Source of the DNA: a virus
Lineage: Duplodnaviria; Heunggongvirae; Uroviricota; Caudoviricetes
Reading direction: 5' to 3' (one strand)
Virus record (IMG/VR): IMGVR_UViG_3300028797_000096
Coordinates: 13,860 to 77,859 of that record
Length of the DNA: 64,000 bases
Each line of letters begins with the position of its first letter. The stretch's first letter is position 1. The notes under the pieces are model-generated. The model had not been told where the DNA came from. It made no database searches and worked only from the letters and a program-made list of their open reading frames with translations. Both the position numbers and the translations under genes were made by a program. Below, in pieces: positions 58,454 through 64,000 of the stretch.

Positions 58454-59244
58454 AAAAAGAAATTATAATTACTAATGCTAATAACCAAGAAAAATTTATT
58501 TGTTTTAAAATAGATGGTTTGAAAGATGGTATTATGGTAGGTTTATATCCTAATAATGATGGTTTAAGTATTGCTTATAGGGGTGATGTTGTTGGTGTTC
58601 CATTTAATGCTGATTCTGCTTTAATATATGAATTAAATGATAATTCTTTTCCAAGTAAAGATGAAATTGAAAATAATGGGTTATATGATCCAAATTGGAA
58701 ACTTGACAACCATAATATAATTGATTCAAAATTATCAGGACCAGTAAATGCTACTTCTCATCCATTAAAAACAGAATGGGAAATAAAAGCAGATGACAAA
58801 ATTACAACAACACTTACTATGGATAAAGAAACATATGATTGGTTGACTACTCCTAGTGAAGAAGATGATGATGTAGGATATTGGCAACCAGATCAAGTCA
58901 CAGAATTAGATGATGAAGCATTTGATGAATTTGAAAAAGATGTGATGAATCCTGAAATAGATGAAAAAAAAGTAGAAGCAGCTAAACAGATATTTGAAGA
59001 TGTAGATAAGATTCCTGTAGATATATCTAGTTGTATTGAAATGTATGGTAAACCTCATTTATTAGAGTTGATGGATGAATGGGGTATAAACGGAAGCAAT
59101 TATAATGATTTTAGAAGCGTAATTCAAGAACATTGCTTTAATAAAGGTATATACGCATTCGATGATATAGAAAAATCTTGGAAAGAACATGTAAAAAGTT
59201 TAAAAGATGTAGTTAAGAGTATAAAGAAAAATGGCAATAATTAA
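58450..59244 (+). CDS. Acidic hypothetical protein
   Basis: Long ORF; Asp/Glu-rich centre. Confidence 0.7.
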   Translation: MKKEIIITNANNQEKFICFKIDGLKDGIMVGLYPNNDGLSIAYRGDVVGVPFNADSALIYELNDNSFPSKDEIENNGLYDPNWKLDNHNIIDSKLSGPVNATSHPLKTEWEIKADDKITTTLTMDKETYDWLTTPSEEDDDVGYWQPDQVTELDDEAFDEFEKDVMNPEIDEKKVEAAKQIFEDVDKIPVDISSCIEMYGKPHLLELMDEWGINGSNYNDFRSVIQEHCFNKGIYAFDDIEKSWKEHVKSLKDVVKSIKKNGNN

Positions 59245-59557
59245 ACGTTATGATAAAATCTTTGCAGATTTCTTATTAAAACATTGCGATGATATTTATA
59301 TTCCTAAATATATTACAGTAAGTCCATGCGGTATAAATCATGAACCCCTTTTTGAACTATGGGAAACAGAACCTTGGATTGGTAGATGTTCTTTTTGTGA
59401 TTGGCATTGGGATTGGGTAGGTTCAGGAAATATTACTTTTCATACTAATACTGTAAAAGATTTAAATAGACTGGGTAGGATATTATTTAGTAAAGAAATA
59501 AGTAAAAAATCACATTGGGATATAGATAATTGTATTATTCAATTATATGAGGATTAA
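59231..59557 (+). CDS. Hypothetical protein
   Basis: Coupled ORF. Confidence 0.65.
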   Translation: MAIIKRYDKIFADFLLKHCDDIYIPKYITVSPCGINHEPLFELWETEPWIGRCSFCDWHWDWVGSGNITFHTNTVKDLNRLGRILFSKEISKKSHWDIDNCIIQLYED

Positions 59558-59619
59558 CAATGAAAGGCTTTTATCGCTTTTATTTTCATATTAATTGATT
59601 ATAAATAAGGAGAAAACTA

Positions 59620-59805
59620 ATGAAATTTAGAGAATATGATAATCTTTTTGTTAAAATTCTTAAATCTACTAAACCAGATGAGTTAGAATGGGCTATTTCA
59701 AATGCAGCTGAACAATATAATTTAGTAGATATGCAATATTCTACAACTAATTTAAACAATGATATAGTTGAATATAGTGTTTTATTGCTTCTACAAGAAA
59801 AATAA
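59620..59805 (+). CDS. Hypothetical protein
   Basis: SD AAGGAG. Confidence 0.65.
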   Translation: MKFREYDNLFVKILKSTKPDELEWAISNAAEQYNLVDMQYSTTNLNNDIVEYSVLLLLQEK

Positions 59806-59848
59806 ATTACTGCTTTACATTATTTAAAAACTATATATAATACATAGT

Positions 59849-60541
59849 ATGAGTAATAAAACATACTATGAAACTTTAGGAATATCAAATACTGCTACTT
59901 CTGAGGAAATCAAAAGGGCATATCATGATTTATGCAAAAAATATCATCCAGATATTAATCCTAAAACAACTGAAAAGTTTAAAGAAATTAATATAGCATA
60001 TCAAACTTTAATTGATCCAGCTAAACGTAAACAGTATGATTATAACCTTAATACCAATTCATCAGAAGAAACATATTCAGATTCTTCCTATGATGAATTT
60101 AAAGAATTTGTTTATCGTTATTCAAAAGAAAAAGATCTATCAGATGAACCTATTGTTAATATATTAGAAGAGTTTGATAAATATAAATTCGAAACAGCTG
60201 TATCTGCTATATGGAATCGTAATATATTTGTACTCTTAGGTAATACTATCTTTTGTACTTCAATGACTTTAGGTGTATTATCTAATCGTATAGCTAAATT
60301 ATTTAAAAAATCATTACTATCCAAAAAGAACTATAAATCACCATGGATTACAGCTTTTTTTGATGCAATGGCAGAAAATACTCTTGGTAAATTTACTTGG
60401 TGGTCTATCTGTATGTTCTTTATCACTTTTGCTAAAGCTATTTACTACTTAGCCAAATTTGCCTACTTCATCTTTAAATGGCTACTTATTATTGCTGGTG
60501 CTATACTATTCCTATCAGCTATATCTTCACATAAAAAGTAA
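59849..60541 (+). CDS. J-domain (DnaJ-like) protein with C-terminal TM helices
   Basis: YYETLG...EIKRAYHDLCKKYHPD...FKEINIAYQTL.DP.KR..YD. Confidence 0.9.
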   Translation: MSNKTYYETLGISNTATSEEIKRAYHDLCKKYHPDINPKTTEKFKEINIAYQTLIDPAKRKQYDYNLNTNSSEETYSDSSYDEFKEFVYRYSKEKDLSDEPIVNILEEFDKYKFETAVSAIWNRNIFVLLGNTIFCTSMTLGVLSNRIAKLFKKSLLSKKNYKSPWITAFFDAMAENTLGKFTWWSICMFFITFAKAIYYLAKFAYFIFKWLLIIAGAILFLSAISSHKK

Positions 60542-60629
60542 AAACTATATTATATATACAGTAAATAATTTTTATATTTACATTCAATATTTTTTTATTG
60601 TATAATGTTTATATATAAGGAGAAATTAT

Positions 60630-60923
60630 ATGACTGTATATAGTAAAATACAAGCAAATAAACTAGCCCCCGAATTAATACATGGTGTAATTAGAGAAAT
60701 AGAAGAAAATCCACCTAAAAATATGGATTGGGTAGAAAAAATTTTAATAAATGATCAAACTAATGTCTACCGTATAATAATAAAAGAAAATATGGATTAT
60801 TATCCACAATGCATTTTAAAGTATATGCAAAAAACCAAACTAAGAAGTATAACAGGAAATTTATACGAAATTGAACAAAAATTAACTGAAGCATATGAAA
60901 CTAACCAAGCTAAATCATGGTAA
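60630..60923 (+). CDS. Hypothetical protein
   Basis: TGTATAAT -10 and SD AAGGAG upstream; followed by an AAACCCCT/AGGGGTTT bidirectional terminator at about 60927-60952. Confidence 0.7.
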   Translation: MTVYSKIQANKLAPELIHGVIREIEENPPKNMDWVEKILINDQTNVYRIIIKENMDYYPQCILKYMQKTKLRSITGNLYEIEQKLTEAYETNQAKSW

Positions 60924-60955
60924 AAGAAAACCCCTAATAATCAGGGGTTTCTTAT

Positions 60956-61468
60956 TTACCAATTTCCATCTTCTGAAGCATCATTTTCTTCTTCGGAATC
61001 TTCTTCATCTTCCTCTTCATCATCATCTGGAATATGAGTATGCCATTCATTACCTTCTTTATCAGTAATATAAACAACAGTCCAATCTGAATCTGATTCA
61101 TCAAATTCTACATCAATAGGTCCATCTGCTTCAAATATAGCGGCTCCACCTTTACTAACTAAATTACCCAATGCTCCAGATACTTTACCTATATATTCAC
61201 ATACACAAACCATCCCAGCATCTGCAAAAAATGCTCCAGTACCATCAACATTTGGTCCATATAATGTATTATTCCAATCACCAAACCCTGTAGTACATAC
61301 AAACGCTTGACCCTGAACAAAATCTTTTAATGCTACCTCTACTTCATGATCAAACATAGCAGACCAAATAGGATCTTTAGAATATACTTCACATCTATTT
61401 AAACAAGCATCCCATACCTCTTCCGGTAAAATATAACAAGGATCTGTTATAACATATTGCTTTCTCAT
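60956..61468 (-). CDS. Conserved phage hypothetical protein with an acidic tail
   Basis: YVITDPCY...DAGMVCV pattern frequent in phages; GTTCTA at 61507-61502. Confidence 0.7.
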   Translation of the reverse strand: MRKQYVITDPCYILPEEVWDACLNRCEVYSKDPIWSAMFDHEVEVALKDFVQGQAFVCTTGFGDWNNTLYGPNVDGTGAFFADAGMVCVCEYIGKVSGALGNLVSKGGAAIFEADGPIDVEFDESDSDWTVVYITDKEGNEWHTHIPDDDEEEDEEDSEEENDASEDGNW

Positions 61469-61511
61469 ACCATATTTCCTTTATTTTTTAAATACTTAAT
61501 ATAGAACTATA

Positions 61512-62273
61512 CTATCTTTTTTTATAAACTTCTATCTTTTCTAGTTTATCTTGATTTACTAAGTCTTCTAATAACTTACTTATTGTAGCTTTAGCTACCC
61601 CATTAAACTTTTGTAATATATCATTTAAATAAATACAATCATTTTTATCAATATACTCTAATATAGCTGGTATAAGAAAATCTTTAGAACGAATCTTTAA
61701 TTTCCTTTTTATTCTTTCAAGATCTGCTAAACTTAACCCTAACTTCTCAGCTCTTACAAAATCTTCTAAACAAGGATCATCTGTATATGATTGTACTATA
61801 ATATCCTCATACTTATCTATTAAATTTTTAGTGTAATCTACTACTATTTCTTTAATAAAACTTAATTTAATAGCACCTTTAAATCTATGGTATATTTCAT
61901 CTATAGTATAACCCTTACTATATAAAATAATAATATCTTCAGCTTTACCTATACCATAAGATCCTTCTTTATTATCAATAACTTTTCCAATACACTCTAA
62001 TAAACGACCAATTACTTCTTCGTTATTCCATAATTCCTTTAATAAATAATTTAAATTATAATCATAATTATTCATTAAAATATAAATTATACCATTCTTT
62101 TCCTGTATATCTATATACCGTAAAGGAATAGATAAATCTTGCCCAATTTTAAACGTATACCCACCAGTCAAAGTAATACCAGATACAGGGAAATATTCTT
62201 CATACCCAGCTACAATGTTACTTAACCGCTTAATAAATTTATTAAATACTTTATCAATAACTTTTCTTTCCAT
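61512..62273 (-). CDS. Hypothetical protein with HTH-like segments
   Basis: GYTIDEIY and C-terminal LNDILQKFNGVAKATISKLLEDL wHTH-like segments; ATG at 62273 preferred. Confidence 0.6.
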   Translation of the reverse strand: MERKVIDKVFNKFIKRLSNIVAGYEEYFPVSGITLTGGYTFKIGQDLSIPLRYIDIQEKNGIIYILMNNYDYNLNYLLKELWNNEEVIGRLLECIGKVIDNKEGSYGIGKAEDIIILYSKGYTIDEIYHRFKGAIKLSFIKEIVVDYTKNLIDKYEDIIVQSYTDDPCLEDFVRAEKLGLSLADLERIKRKLKIRSKDFLIPAILEYIDKNDCIYLNDILQKFNGVAKATISKLLEDLVNQDKLEKIEVYKKR

Positions 62274-62370
62274 ATCTACCCCGCTAACAATTTCCAAAAT
62301 CTTTTACTGTTATATTACCATATATATATAATAAAGTAAATAAAAATAAACATACAATGTGATATAACAT

Positions 62371-62470
62371 ATATGACTCTAACATATCCACCTCTTCTCT
62401 ATAGAGAATAACATCCCAACAGAGTCATTGAAATATGAGTCTAACCTAATATCCCCCATCTCTATAGAGA
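62371..62470. repeat. Imperfect ~63-bp tandem duplication, each copy with a TCTCTATAGAGA palindrome
   Basis: ATATGA(C/G)TCTAAC at 62371 and 62433; TCTCTATAGAGA at 62396 and 62459. Confidence 0.75.
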
Positions 62471-62499
62471 AAGAAAATATCATACCTGACTCAAAAACC

Positions 62500-62750
62500 A
62501 TATCACATGACCATAACTACGACTACCCGTACCTACCTGCTTCTACCTGTACCTACGTGCCTATATCCTAACCCTATCCTAACTTCTACTTATACCTATA
62601 TCTTTAACACATACTTACTACCCTTGTCTTAACTTCTATCCTAACATATATCCTAACCCCTACTCTAACGTATACTTTAATGTATGTCCTAGCACCTATC
62701 CTAACCCCCTACATTAGCATATACCATAATTCTAACGCATACCCATACCT
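62500..62750. repeat. C-rich, G-poor low-complexity tract with five TATCCTAAC copies
   Basis: Copies at 62564, 62575, 62637, 62649 and 62697. Confidence 0.75.
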
Positions 62751-62960
62751 ACTGGACGGGCCTGTGTCTGTTTTACCCCTACGCGTAAGGGCCTGGTAGG
62801 GGGGGTATCCCCGGGCCCCTCCCCTTCGTTTTGGGCCTTTTTTTGTCTATATACTTGTATAGATTGGGCCCGAATCTGTCAAGTCGGGACTTACTGGGAA
62901 TGATTGGGTCAGTTTTTGTCTTACACGTAAGGGCTCCCTAGCCGGGGGGTCTATGGTCGG

Positions 62961-63384
62961 GACCACTTTCTGGTAATTTGTTGGTTGGTATTCTCGCTTG
63001 ACCACTTTTTTTATATTCAATTGGTTAAAAATTTGTTTCATAATATAATAAACAAAATGAAAATTCAATCTGTTGAATCTAAATTTTGTGGTTGAAAATA
63101 AATGTGTTTGTGGTTATGAACAAAAACGACCACGAAAATTGGATGATTGTGGTTATAAAAAATAGACCACAAATCATAATAAGTTGTGGTTATACATAAA
63201 AATTTGACCGTTTTTTAACTGTATACTTGGTTAAAATCTGTGTTATAATTTATATGTATAAAATAAAAATTCAATATGTTGAATCTACATTTTATATTTG
63301 ATGTATAATCTATTGCGTATGTATACTATTACACAATAAACTATACATTATATATAGTGTATAGATAATCATGTTTTTGTGGTT
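62961..63384. repeat. Array of TTGTGGTT/GACCAC sites and two ATTCAA-N4-TTGAAT palindromes
   Basis: TTGTGGTT at 63086, 63108, 63147, 63184, 63377; GACCAC at 62961, 63000, 63128, 63165; palindromes at 63063 and 63269. Confidence 0.7.
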
Positions 63385-63489
63385 TTACCTTATAATAAGA
63401 GTCTATATTTTAGGATGTGGACTCTTTTTTATATGGGTAAACATTATAAAACATATAAGTCTAACTAGTCAAAACTAAAAGGATGAAAA

Positions 63490-63840
63490 ATGACTAAAAA
63501 ACAAGTAAAAGCGGCACGCTTAACAAATGAACCTGTATTGTTTAACAAAGAAGCGGCACTCTTAGCATACAAGAGCGCCGTTGTTAAGAAGGGGGGCAGC
63601 CGGGGCGCCGCTAGTGAACTGACAAAAGGCATCTTAGAATGCTTTAACGTCGCTAAAGAAAACGGTGTTAAAGAATTGCACGTATCTCAAATTCGTGAAA
63701 TGTATAACGCCGCTAAGAAAACGTCACTGGATGCTAAACTATTTGCTGACCGTGTATGGACTTTGTCTGACCGTAATAAGAAAAACAAAGCCCCAGTATT
63801 GAAAGCGGGTAAAGAAAGCGGCACTTATACTTTGGCATAA
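63490..63840 (+). CDS. Basic Lys/Ala-rich protein, possible DNA-binding early protein
   Basis: SD AAGGA; 116 aa; higher GC and different codon usage from the upstream genes. Confidence 0.75.
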   Translation: MTKKQVKAARLTNEPVLFNKEAALLAYKSAVVKKGGSRGAASELTKGILECFNVAKENGVKELHVSQIREMYNAAKKTSLDAKLFADRVWTLSDRNKKNKAPVLKAGKESGTYTLA

Positions 63841-63937
63841 GTGTTATAGTTAAGAGCGCCGTTCATAAGCAATTGCAGCGAGCGGCACTCTTTCTAAAAT
63901 AAAAATACCGCAAAAACAATAACTTAAGGAGGTTAAG

Positions 63938-64000
63938 ATGTCTTTGAAGCAGCGTACCTATGAAGGTTATGGATGGTGGAAGTTATTGGAAGTTTGTAAG
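63938..64000 (+). CDS. Hypothetical protein, partial
   Basis: Perfect SD AAGGAGG then ATG; open to the window end. Confidence 0.6.
   Translation, partial: MSLKQRTYEGYGWWKLLEVCK

Noticed and set aside
26-60324. Opposite-strand or nested ORFs in the track (e.g. 26..430, 3811..4026, 15320..15673, 21725..22015, 34079..34498, 44534..44936, 52979..53200)
   Set aside because: They are shadows of longer genes with recognisable products and have no SD or promoter.
62507-62632. 41-aa plus-strand ORF MTITTTTRTY...
   Set aside because: No SD, and its composition simply reflects the low-complexity DNA.
62500-63300. CRISPR array or true telomere
   Set aside because: The repeats are 8-13 nt, irregularly spaced and partly inverted, with no constant repeat-spacer period. 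The TTAGG resemblance is not a tandem telomeric array.
1-64000. Stop-codon reassignment (TAG or TGA), common in gut phages
   Set aside because: Conserved genes are full length in code 11, and both TGA (folA) and TAG (uvsW-like, GH24) end proteins at plausible lengths.
1-64000. Raw count of GTTCTA as evidence
   Set aside because: The hexamer is expected dozens of times by chance in AT-rich DNA, and intragenic or wrongly oriented copies exist (e.g. about 25008 and 37299). Only position, orientation and spacing were used.

Overview
Very AT-rich, gene-dense 64 kb segment of a large T4-like (myovirus, probably jumbo) bacteriophage read in genetic code 11. No tRNA, CRISPR array or integrase was seen, and neither the terminase nor a recognisable major capsid protein is in the window. 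Recognisable modules: tail-fibre-like genes (1-4066); nucleotide metabolism (DHFR, dCMP deaminase, a second deaminase, HAD nucleotidase, GMP reductase); T4-like recombination/replication (UvsY-like, gp32-like SSB, gp47/gp46, UvsW-like, DnaB/gp41); a proteostasis set (ClpP, GroES, GroEL, J-domain protein); head/neck/tail genes (gp20 portal, gp13-like neck, gp18 sheath, gp19 tube, gp21 protease, scaffold); and two lysins plus holin-like membrane proteins. Best candidate for an undescribed system: a phage-specific transcription regulon. The hexamer GTTCTA sits, correctly oriented, in front of about 30 transcription units. A start point 7 nt downstream of it falls on the A of ATG in three SD-less genes and on the first base of a 5' stem in two candidate ~110-nt small RNAs (one displays an anti-Shine-Dalgarno loop) and in the ssb leader. 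A divergent sigma70-like ORF (4851-5903) is the candidate cognate factor. Other highlights: a radical-SAM-fold protein whose Cys triad is replaced; a set of probable protease-processed head cargo proteins including a nucleotidyltransferase and an encapsulin-ferritin-like domain; a 135-bp A/T-only tract; and a repeat-rich non-coding region (62.3-63.4 kb) that looks like an origin or genome-end junction. All assignments are from motif recognition by eye; no database search was run.
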